From positions 1,017,420-1,081,419 of the forward strand of contig OZ244898.1 of NCBI GenBank assembly GCA_965221585.1: a stretch of DNA of 64,000 nt. The letters run 5' to 3'. Source of the DNA: Candidatus Aldehydirespiratoraceae bacterium. Its GTDB lineage: Bacteria; Actinomycetota; Acidimicrobiia; Acidimicrobiales; Aldehydirespiratoraceae. Position numbers and translations under genes: made by a program. Within the stretch, counting starts at the first letter, position 1. Every line of letters starts with the position of its first letter. The notes under the pieces are model-generated. The model ran no database searches. It was given only the letters and a program-made list of their open reading frames with translations, and was not told the DNA's origin. Shown piece by piece: positions 30,897 through 38,397 of the stretch.

Positions 30897-31520
30897 GTGC
30901 CGGGTGCTTGGCCTACGATTCGGGCCGTGAGCAGACTGTCTGGCCGTCGGGTTCTGCTTCGGCCACTTGAAGTCAACGACTTCGGTGCCTGGCAGGAGGT
31001 GCGTCGTCGCAACCGGGAGTGGTTGACACGATGGGAACCGCAGCGGCTCAGCGGCGCGCCGGATGTCGTGGAGGACCGTGTGGCTTTCGCCAACCGCTGC
31101 TCGGCTCGCCAGCGTGAACGGCAGCGGGGGTCCGGTCACAGCTTCGGGATCTTCGTCGATGGCGCATTCGCCGGTGAGATCAACCTCAACTCGGTCCAGC
31201 GGGGCCCGTTCCAATCCTGTTACGTCGGTTATTGGATCGACGAGGCGTTGGCGGGCAACGGTTACATGCCCGAGGCGCTTGTCGTGGCGGCCCGGTTCGC
31301 CTTCGAGGAGTTGCGCCTCCACCGGATCCAGGTGTCGATCGTGCCGCGGAACTCAGCGAGCCGCAGAGTCGTCGAGAAACTGAAACTGCGCGACGAGGGA
31401 ACAGCGGTCAGGTACCTGGAGATCAACGGCGTCTGGGAGGACCACATTCGTTACGGGTTCACCGTTGAGGATTGGAACGAGCGCTCCGAGGACCTAGTCG
31501 CCCAGTGGATCACGGAGTGA
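30897..31520 (+). CDS. GNAT family N-acetyltransferase (RimJ/RimL-like)
   Basis: VLLRPLEVNDF, GYWIDEALAGNGYMPEA, LHRIQVSIVPRNSASRRVVEKL. The start could be GTG 30927. Confidence 0.8.
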   Translation: MPGAWPTIRAVSRLSGRRVLLRPLEVNDFGAWQEVRRRNREWLTRWEPQRLSGAPDVVEDRVAFANRCSARQRERQRGSGHSFGIFVDGAFAGEINLNSVQRGPFQSCYVGYWIDEALAGNGYMPEALVVAARFAFEELRLHRIQVSIVPRNSASRRVVEKLKLRDEGTAVRYLEINGVWEDHIRYGFTVEDWNERSEDLVAQWITE

Positions 31521-33104
31521 ATCTCTGAGCGCCCTCAGCTCTGACTTCTGCACTTTGCCCATCGAGTTGCGGGGCAGCTCGTCGAGCACGCGGATCTGGT
31601 CGGGGATCTTGTAGCGGGCCAGTTGCCGGGCGAGGTGAGCGCGCAGCTGCTCGGGGTCCGGGTGCGAGGCTCCCGCAACGATCGCTGCGGCCACCCGCTC
31701 GCCGAGCCGCTCATCGGGGATTCCGTAGACAACAGCGTCGACCACGTCGGGATGATCGAGCAGAGCCTTCTCGACCTCAGCTGGCGACACGTTGGCGCCG
31801 CCTCTCAGAATCAGGTCCGAGCGACGGCCGCTCACCGTCAGGCGCCCATTGCTGTCGAGCGCCCCGATGTCGCCGGTGTGCAGAATCTTGTCCCGAAGCA
31901 GCTCCCGGGTGGCGTCGGGACGGCGCCAGTAGCCGAGCGTGGGCGTCCAACAACCTGCCCACGGCCCTGTGGATGTGGGGCGCAGACAGATCTCACCGGG
32001 TTGGTCGACCGGCAGCTCCTGGTCGGTGTCGTCGACGATCACCACTTCGAGCAGGTCCAACGCGTAGCCCGTGGCCGAGTCGTCGATACTTTCGTCGATG
32101 GATTCCCGCACGATCCCGGTGGGTGCCTCGGAAAGCCCGTATCCCATGAGCGCACGGATATTGAACTTCTCGGCGAAGGCGCGGCGGGTCTTTGCCGGCG
32201 TAGCGGCACCGCCTACAAGGATCGAGTCGAGCGAGGCGAGGTCGGTTGGATCGACACGGTCACTGCGTACAAGATCATGGAGTTGCGTTGGCACCAGGGT
32301 GGTCCTTGTGAGTCGGTGGCGCGCAACCTCTGCGCAGAAGCCCTCGGGGTTGCCGCGGTGCAGGACCACCCCGGTCGTGCCGCGGGTCCAGGCCGACACG
32401 ACTCCGAGGATCAACATGTTGAGGATCGTGTGGGCCAGGGGAGTGCCCTGACGGTCGGTTGGCTTGGGTGGGTGGGTGTGCAACGTGATCAACCCGGGCC
32501 ACAGGAGGTTGTGCTGGCTGTGCACAGCGCCCTTGGGCGCTCCGGTGGTGCCTGAGGTGTAGGCGATTGCGGCCGGCGCGTGGGGGTCGATTCGGGGGCG
32601 GGGAGCGTTTGCGGGGTCTGCGGCAGCGACAGCAGCGCTGTATGCGGACGCGCCGAGGGCGGTCCCGCTGAAACGGCTCTCAGCCGCTGCCGTGTCGGCG
32701 TCGCCCTCGGTGATCCACAGGCTCGATTCCGAGTCGTTGAGAAGGTGGGCCTTCTCCGGCGCAGCGAGAGCGGTGTTGATGCCGAGCCAGACAGCGCCGA
32801 GGCGTTGAGTGGCGAGGAACCCGATAGGTATCTCGGCGCAGTTCGGAAGTGACCAGGCGACCCGGTCACCGGGACCGACGCCCAATGATGCCAAGGCCGT
32901 AGCGGCGCGGTCGACGCTGCGGTCCAGTTCTGCGAAGGTCCACTGGCGATCGTCGTCGATCAACGCGATCCGCTCCCCGAAGTGCTCAAGGGGGCCGTCG
33001 AGGAGCGCGGCAAGCGTGCTCGGCCCGATCGGATACGGGCGGGGCGGTTCGCGTCTGATCAGCCCGGTCGTCTCGTCGACCTCGATGTTGGCTTCGAGCT
33101 CCAC
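31494..33104 (-). CDS. AMP-dependent acyl-CoA synthetase/ligase
   Basis: AMP-binding motif IAYTSGTTGAPKGAV, GYGLSE, HTGDIG, and a C-terminal PRNSMGKVQK. Confidence 0.85.
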   Translation of the reverse strand: MELEANIEVDETTGLIRREPPRPYPIGPSTLAALLDGPLEHFGERIALIDDDRQWTFAELDRSVDRAATALASLGVGPGDRVAWSLPNCAEIPIGFLATQRLGAVWLGINTALAAPEKAHLLNDSESSLWITEGDADTAAAESRFSGTALGASAYSAAVAAADPANAPRPRIDPHAPAAIAYTSGTTGAPKGAVHSQHNLLWPGLITLHTHPPKPTDRQGTPLAHTILNMLILGVVSAWTRGTTGVVLHRGNPEGFCAEVARHRLTRTTLVPTQLHDLVRSDRVDPTDLASLDSILVGGAATPAKTRRAFAEKFNIRALMGYGLSEAPTGIVRESIDESIDDSATGYALDLLEVVIVDDTDQELPVDQPGEICLRPTSTGPWAGCWTPTLGYWRRPDATRELLRDKILHTGDIGALDSNGRLTVSGRRSDLILRGGANVSPAEVEKALLDHPDVVDAVVYGIPDERLGERVAAAIVAGASHPDPEQLRAHLARQLARYKIPDQIRVLDELPRNSMGKVQKSELRALRDSLRDPLGD

Positions 33105-33110
33105 GAAGGC

Positions 33111-33884
33111 TCAGTCCTTGGAGCTGATCTGCTTCTGAAGGTTCTCGACAAGGCTCCGAAAGGCCGGTTCTCCCATCGACCAGAGCTGAGGGTGGAGTTC
33201 GTGTTCGACGGACTGGTTCGATTCGCTGACGGTGTCGAGTGTCAGGATCGTGGCCTTGGTTCGAGCCGTCAGATCCTTGGGTTGGGCCGCGGCGCGAGCT
33301 GCCAGCGTCAAGCACTCCGAGAGCAGATCGTCGTCGTCGACGACCTTCCAGACGAGGCCGAGGTCGAGGGCCTGTTCGCTGCGCACGACCTCACCGAACA
33401 CGACCATCGCGAGTGCGGTCTGCCTACTCGTGATGGAACGGAGGCGCCAGGTGTGGCCTCCGCCGGGATGGAGGCCGATCTGCAGGAAGCGAGAGTCGAA
33501 ACGGGCCTTCTGGCGTGCCGCGACGACGATGTCACAGGCCAGCACCAGGTTGAACCCGGCCCCGACCGCGGCACCGTTGACCGCGGCGACAGTCGGCATC
33601 GGGCAGTGAGCGATCCGCAGGAACCCCTCGTAGATCCTTCGCATCCCGTCCGGTCCCTGATCGGCGAGAAGATCGTCGAGGTCTGCGCCTGCGCAGAATG
33701 CCGGCGGGGCACCGGTCACGACCACGGCACCGATGCCGTCGTCTTCCTCCCATTCGTCGAGGGCGGCGGCGATCTCGTCGTTCATGGCCAGGGTGATGGC
33801 GTTGCGTTTGTCGGGGTCGTTGAGCGTGAGCACCGCGACGCGGTCGTGAACCTCGGTAGTGACTAAGGCATTGGTTGAACCCAT
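33111..33884 (-). CDS. enoyl-CoA hydratase/isomerase family protein
   Basis: ATG 33884 (MGSTNALVTTEV...). AFCAGADLDD, AAVNGAAVGAGFNL. The track ORF extension to 34643 is antisense to the MFS gene. Confidence 0.9.
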   Translation of the reverse strand: MGSTNALVTTEVHDRVAVLTLNDPDKRNAITLAMNDEIAAALDEWEEDDGIGAVVVTGAPPAFCAGADLDDLLADQGPDGMRRIYEGFLRIAHCPMPTVAAVNGAAVGAGFNLVLACDIVVAARQKARFDSRFLQIGLHPGGGHTWRLRSITSRQTALAMVVFGEVVRSEQALDLGLVWKVVDDDDLLSECLTLAARAAAQPKDLTARTKATILTLDTVSESNQSVEHELHPQLWSMGEPAFRSLVENLQKQISSKD

Positions 33885-33962
33885 GGCGCCTATTCTGGCA
33901 GGCCGCCAGGCGGCTCCACGGATCGGTCCACGATTGGACAGTGAGCTCCGTAGCCTTGCCTG

Positions 33963-35264
33963 GTGCGTCGAGTTGCCGATACGAGAGCCAGCGCTTTCGG
34001 AGCTCTCCGGCATCGGAACTTTCGCCTGATGTGGATTTCGGCGATTGTCTCCAGCACTGGACGCTGGTTCCAGGTGCTGGCGATCCCCCTGATTGTCTAT
34101 GACCTCACAGACGGAAGCGCCGGGTGGGTCGGTTTGGCCGGGTTCACTCAGCTGCTGCCGATCGCGGTGCTCTGCCCGTTCGCCGGGGCGATCGCGGACC
34201 GCTTTCCGCGCCGCTCGATTCTGATCGTCACCCAGTCGACCCAGACCCTGGTCGCGGTCGTCTTCGTGCTGATGTGGTTCGGTGATATCCGGTCTCCGGG
34301 CGCCTACGTTGCCGTGTCGATATTGGCGGGCACGGCGAGCGGCTTGAATCTGCCCGCCTGGCAGGCCTTCGTAAGCGAACTGGTGCCCCGCGACACGTTG
34401 ATGTCGGCGGTCACGCTCAACAGCGCGCAGTTCAACGTGGCTCGCATGCTGGGTCCGTCGCTGGCGGGTGTGGTGATCGCTCAATGGGGTCCCGGCTGGG
34501 CGTTCGCTCTCAACGCGGTGTCGTACCTGGCGGTGATCGCGGCGCTGGTTCTGGTGCGGTTGCCGCGGATCCAAATTGAAGCCGAGGGACGTATGCGGCC
34601 GCTGACCGAGTTCGCTCAGGCAGTGGTGTATGTGCGGTCCCACGCCGGCATCTCCACGGCTGTGTTCGTGGGCGCTGTGATCGGTTTCTTCGGGATCGCC
34701 GCACAGCTGATGTCGATCGTTATCGCCGAAGACGTCTTTGGTCAGGGCGAGCGCGGCTTCGGATGGATGCTCTCTGCGGCCGGAATCGGTGCCGTTGCGG
34801 CCTCGCCGGTGGTCGCAGAGTTGGCACGGCGGTTCGATCGGTCACGAATCCAGGAATGCGCCTTGGTGTTGTACGGCTGTGGTGTTGTTGCCATGGCTGT
34901 GGCCCCGTGGTTCATGGTGGCTCTGGTCGGGATGTTCGCAACCGGTGTGGCCCACATAGCGTCGGCTTCAACGCTCAACACGGCAATACAGTTGCAGGTC
35001 GACGAGGGGTTGCGGGCGCGGGTGCTGTCGGTGTACCTGACGTTGTTGCTGCTGTCGAGCCCGCTGGGTCAGCTGCTGATGGGTCAGGCCATCGAGTTGT
35101 TCGGTCCTCGGGAGACATTCTTGGTCTTCGGCCTGCTGTTCTTCGCTTTGGCGGTGCTGCTGGTAGCGACGCAACGACTTCGAGCACTGGACTCCGGCAG
35201 CGGAACCTACCAGCCCTCCGCGGCGGCCGAGGCCCATCCGAGCACTCCCGCTCCGCCGCGCTGA
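33963..35264 (+). CDS. MFS transporter
   Basis: 433 aa with about 12 hydrophobic segments, conserved loop GAIADRFPRR and N-terminal FRLMWIS. Confidence 0.85.
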   Translation: MRRVADTRASAFGALRHRNFRLMWISAIVSSTGRWFQVLAIPLIVYDLTDGSAGWVGLAGFTQLLPIAVLCPFAGAIADRFPRRSILIVTQSTQTLVAVVFVLMWFGDIRSPGAYVAVSILAGTASGLNLPAWQAFVSELVPRDTLMSAVTLNSAQFNVARMLGPSLAGVVIAQWGPGWAFALNAVSYLAVIAALVLVRLPRIQIEAEGRMRPLTEFAQAVVYVRSHAGISTAVFVGAVIGFFGIAAQLMSIVIAEDVFGQGERGFGWMLSAAGIGAVAASPVVAELARRFDRSRIQECALVLYGCGVVAMAVAPWFMVALVGMFATGVAHIASASTLNTAIQLQVDEGLRARVLSVYLTLLLLSSPLGQLLMGQAIELFGPRETFLVFGLLFFALAVLLVATQRLRALDSGSGTYQPSAAAEAHPSTPAPPR

Positions 35265-35285
35265 TCCGCTGTGCTGATCCGCTGT

Positions 35286-36653
35286 TCAGGAGCCAACGAC
35301 GCGCGAGACCGGGCCCTGGAGCGACATGGCGTAGAGTTCACCGTCGGCGTCCTGAGCGAACGATGCGAGCGCGCCGCCGGGAACGGCGACGCCGAAGTCT
35401 CGGAACAGCACCTGGCCTGAAGAGATCTGCACGGCCCAGAGGCGCGCTGTGCAGTAGTCGCCGAAGAGGTACGAACCGACCAGTTCGGGGATCGCCGAGC
35501 CGCGGTATACGAACCCGCCGGTCACGCTGCAACCTTCGTCGCGGCCGTACTCCCATACGGGGTCCACGTTTCCGGGCGGCTTGTCCCCGGTGAACGTGTG
35601 CAACCCCTCGCGCAGACGCCAGCCGAGGTTGGCTCCGGCACCTCCGCCGTTGGCAGCAAGCAGGACGGTCACCTCCTCGTAGAGGTCCTGGCCGACATCG
35701 GCGATCCAGAGGTCGCCCGTGGCGCTGTCGAACGAGATGCGCCAAGGATTGCGCACCCCGGTCAGGAAGATTTCGGGAGATCCCATCGTCTCGTCGTTCT
35801 GGTCGCTCTGGTTGTCATCGGTGCCGCGGGCGGAAGCGAAGGGATTGTCCGCAGGCACGGAGTACGGCTCGGCCGCATCCGGTGTCGGCGTGATCCGCAG
35901 GATCGAACCGAGCCAGGTGGCAGCGTTCTGTCCGTGGTCGAGGGGATCGTTGGCGGCTCCTCCGTCTCCGAGGGCGATGTAGAGCGCACCGTCGGGCCCG
36001 ATCGCGAGGTCGCCCCCGTTGTGGTTCCTGAACGGCTGTGGCTGGGTCAGGATCGTTCGACGCTCGCCGCTGAGGCTGTTGCCGTCGCGTTTGAAGGCGT
36101 CGATTCGGGTGGTGCCGTCGAGATCGGTGAAGTTCGCGTAGAGCCAGTCATCGCTGACGGCTATACCGAGCAGGCCCTGCTCCCCCTGCGCGACGGTCTC
36201 AGCTGATATGTCGAGGATCGTCTCTACGACTTCGCCGCTGTTCAGATCGACTCGCAGGACCTGTCCGCCCCTCTGTGCTATCCACGGCAACTCGTCGCCG
36301 CTGGCTGTGGTCATGTCGATCGGTTCGTCGAGGGTGAGTACGTGCTCGAGGGCGATGGCGGCGTCGAGCACGTTCCCATCCCCGGGCAGGGCCTCTGGGG
36401 CGATACCGGACGGAGCGTCCTGGCCGGTCTGGGAGGAGTCGCCATCTGATGCGACCTCGTCTGGGGGAGCGTCCGTGGGAGCGTCTATGGGAGCCGCCTC
36501 GTCGGCGACGGTGACGGCGGGAACGGTTGGTCTCGGCTCGGACAACTCGGTGTCCGCGCTGCAGGAGGTGGTCAAGACCAGTACTGCAGCGACCCCGGCG
36601 AGCTGACATCGGACCCGGCTGATTATTGAGGTGCCTCCCACCGTGGTATTCAC
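35286..36653 (-). CDS. PQQ-dependent sugar (glucose/sorbosone) dehydrogenase family lipoprotein
   Basis: GEQGLLGIAV, HNGGDLAIGPDGALYIALGDGG, GVRNPWR. GTG 36653 gives a signal peptide ending VLVLTTSC. The start is uncertain (36641 is an alternative). Confidence 0.8.
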   Translation of the reverse strand: MNTTVGGTSIISRVRCQLAGVAAVLVLTTSCSADTELSEPRPTVPAVTVADEAAPIDAPTDAPPDEVASDGDSSQTGQDAPSGIAPEALPGDGNVLDAAIALEHVLTLDEPIDMTTASGDELPWIAQRGGQVLRVDLNSGEVVETILDISAETVAQGEQGLLGIAVSDDWLYANFTDLDGTTRIDAFKRDGNSLSGERRTILTQPQPFRNHNGGDLAIGPDGALYIALGDGGAANDPLDHGQNAATWLGSILRITPTPDAAEPYSVPADNPFASARGTDDNQSDQNDETMGSPEIFLTGVRNPWRISFDSATGDLWIADVGQDLYEEVTVLLAANGGGAGANLGWRLREGLHTFTGDKPPGNVDPVWEYGRDEGCSVTGGFVYRGSAIPELVGSYLFGDYCTARLWAVQISSGQVLFRDFGVAVPGGALASFAQDADGELYAMSLQGPVSRVVGS

Positions 36654-36663
36654 TTCTTGCTCG

Positions 36664-37620
36664 CTACCAGCCGGAGTCTTCGTCGTCCATCTCAAGATGG
36701 CGCTTGCCCACATCGCAGTCGTCGAGCACACCGCACCAGCGACAGGCGGGTCCAGCCACGAGGTTCGGCTCGCGTTCGGCACCGAGGACTTCGACAATTC
36801 TTGTCGTGCCGTCGATGAGGCGTGCCGCAGCCGCCATCAGCACCGCTTCGGTGACGTCCTCGGGCACGAAGTTGCCCTGGTCGAGGTAGTAGGTGGCGGT
36901 TCGGCGTGGGGGAGTGCCCAGGCGGATGGTCTCGATGAGGGCGTAGAAGCGCAGGTCCTCGAGGTGCTGGGGGGAGAATCCGCCTGTCTTGAGGTCGATC
37001 AACACCTTTCCGGCCCGGTTGCCCTCGGCGTGTCCCAGCGTCAGGTCGACCTTGCCGCTGAACACGAACTGGTCGTGGACCTCGTATCGGAGCCTGCTCT
37101 CGGTTACGGGTCGCCAGCCGGGTTTCAACGGCGGGAAGCACTCAAGGAACTTGACGACCCGGTCGTTGCTCTCGGCTCTCAACTCTGCCCGCTCGGCCTC
37201 GCTGATGGTCTGCAGCCAGTCGCCGAGGTTGTCGTCTGATTCGGTGAGGCGGCCGAGAGCCTCGTCGACGAGCCTCAACGGCTCCGTTTCGCGGCGCCAG
37301 TGGACGGACAGTTCGATCGCCTTGTGGGAGACCGAGCCGCGGGCGAGGGGGACCGACCATTCGAATTGCGCTTCCTCGTCGGCCAGGTATTTTCGCTCAC
37401 AGCCCATCACCTGTCCGAGAGAGTGTTTCGAGACCCAGATCGTGTGGTCGATCTTGTTGGCCCGCTCCAGCAGGGGCGCGAGTCCACCCTCGACGGCCGA
37501 CTTCAGTTCGGTGCGCAAGGTTGGTTCGAACACGGGCCGCTCGGCGCGACTCGCCCCGAGGAGGGCGACGACTTCTTGCTGCGCCGGGTTCAGCTCGACG
37601 GGAGTCTCCATGCCCTGCAC
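36664..37620 (-). CDS. PD-(D/E)XK (RecB/Cas4-like) nuclease family protein
   Basis: Core VLIDLKTGG with downstream RFYAL. One N-terminal Cys (GCERKY) plus C-terminal CRWCGVLDDC suggests a Cas4/AddB-type Fe-S cluster. The start is GTG 37620 or ATG 37611. Confidence 0.7.
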   Translation of the reverse strand: MQGMETPVELNPAQQEVVALLGASRAERPVFEPTLRTELKSAVEGGLAPLLERANKIDHTIWVSKHSLGQVMGCERKYLADEEAQFEWSVPLARGSVSHKAIELSVHWRRETEPLRLVDEALGRLTESDDNLGDWLQTISEAERAELRAESNDRVVKFLECFPPLKPGWRPVTESRLRYEVHDQFVFSGKVDLTLGHAEGNRAGKVLIDLKTGGFSPQHLEDLRFYALIETIRLGTPPRRTATYYLDQGNFVPEDVTEAVLMAAAARLIDGTTRIVEVLGAEREPNLVAGPACRWCGVLDDCDVGKRHLEMDDEDSGW

Positions 37621-37641
37621 TTTGGCACATCTGTCAGGCTC

Positions 37642-37675
37642 GGAGTGTCACGGCTGGAGTGTCACACCGGTGTGA
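37642..37675. promoter_or_regulatory. operator-like element: GGAGTGTCAC x2 overlapping a 14-bp perfect palindrome TCACACCGGTGTGA
   Basis: Direct copies at 37642-37651 and 37656-37665, palindrome at 37662-37675. It lies in a 59-bp divergent spacer and ends 4 nt before ATG 37680. Confidence 0.5.
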
Positions 37676-37679
37676 GAGC

Positions 37680-38051
37680 ATGGGAGTCATGCAAGCACCG
37701 TCGCTCAAGTTCGCCGCAGCGGCCCGGACGCTGGGTCAGGCGGCGAGACTGCGCGGGCTCGTCGTGCCCTGTTTTCGGTCACCGCCCGGTGTAGAGGGAG
37801 TGCAACGGACCATCAAGCATCGCCGTGGTGTGCCGACGGTGTCGGTGCGTCTTCGCGGCCGCCCCTGGCCTGCGGTCGTTTCCGACATGATCGAAGGGAT
37901 AGTTGTCGGCAACGGTCTCAGCGGAGCACGAGCCGATCGCATACGCGCTGCGCTGTGGCTGGCAATCGACAGTCCCACCGAGCGAGCAGCAACCGCAGCA
38001 GCCCCTGAAGCAGACGCCGAGGACCAAAGCGAGCAGTTGGTGGCAATCTGA
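37680..38051 (+). CDS. hypothetical protein
   Basis: ATG 37680 (MGVMQAPSLKFAAAARTLG...), 123 aa, no family recognised. The upstream part of the track ORF is antisense to the nuclease gene. Confidence 0.45.
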   Translation: MGVMQAPSLKFAAAARTLGQAARLRGLVVPCFRSPPGVEGVQRTIKHRRGVPTVSVRLRGRPWPAVVSDMIEGIVVGNGLSGARADRIRAALWLAIDSPTERAATAAAPEADAEDQSEQLVAI

Positions 38052-38075
38052 ACCGCGGCGTTACCGTATGGCTAT

Positions 38076-38164
38076 GCCCGGGTGGCGGAATCGGTAGACG
38101 CAGGGGGCTTAAACCCCCCGGCTCCTCCGGGAGCATGTGGGTTCAAATCCCACCCCGGGCACCA
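38076..38164 (+). tRNA. tRNA-Leu (anticodon TAA), class II, CCA encoded
   Basis: Acceptor GCCCGGG/CCCGGGC, anticodon stem GGGGG/CCCCC with loop CTTAAAC, long variable arm GCTCC-TCCG-GGAGC, T arm GTGGG-TTCAAAT-CCCAC. Confidence 0.85.
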
Positions 38165-38397
38165 CGAACCACTCAGCAAATTGCCTTTGACCTCTATAAT
38201 CAGTCAAGCTACAGAGCTAGTTCCAACTCTAGCTACAGTTGCGGGGACTTGAGCCAAGATCGGCTGCGTGTGTTGTCCCGAGTGATGCTTGACGCGTTGG
38301 CACCGGTATGTGTGTGACTACTTGGACGCGGTTCCAGAAGCTGGGCGACAGGGGCTCTTGTGGCAGTGAGAAACCGCGATGGTCCAAACGTCTGGGA

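Noticed and set aside
33885-34643. N-terminal extensions of track ORFs: 33111..34643, 58329..59873, 46294..48837, 6895..8439, 27720..28784, 25038..26441, 4180..5175.
   Set aside because: The extensions overlap neighbouring well-supported genes and are low-complexity and basic. Internal starts give N-termini typical of the families and often produce 4-nt stop/start overlaps with the upstream gene.
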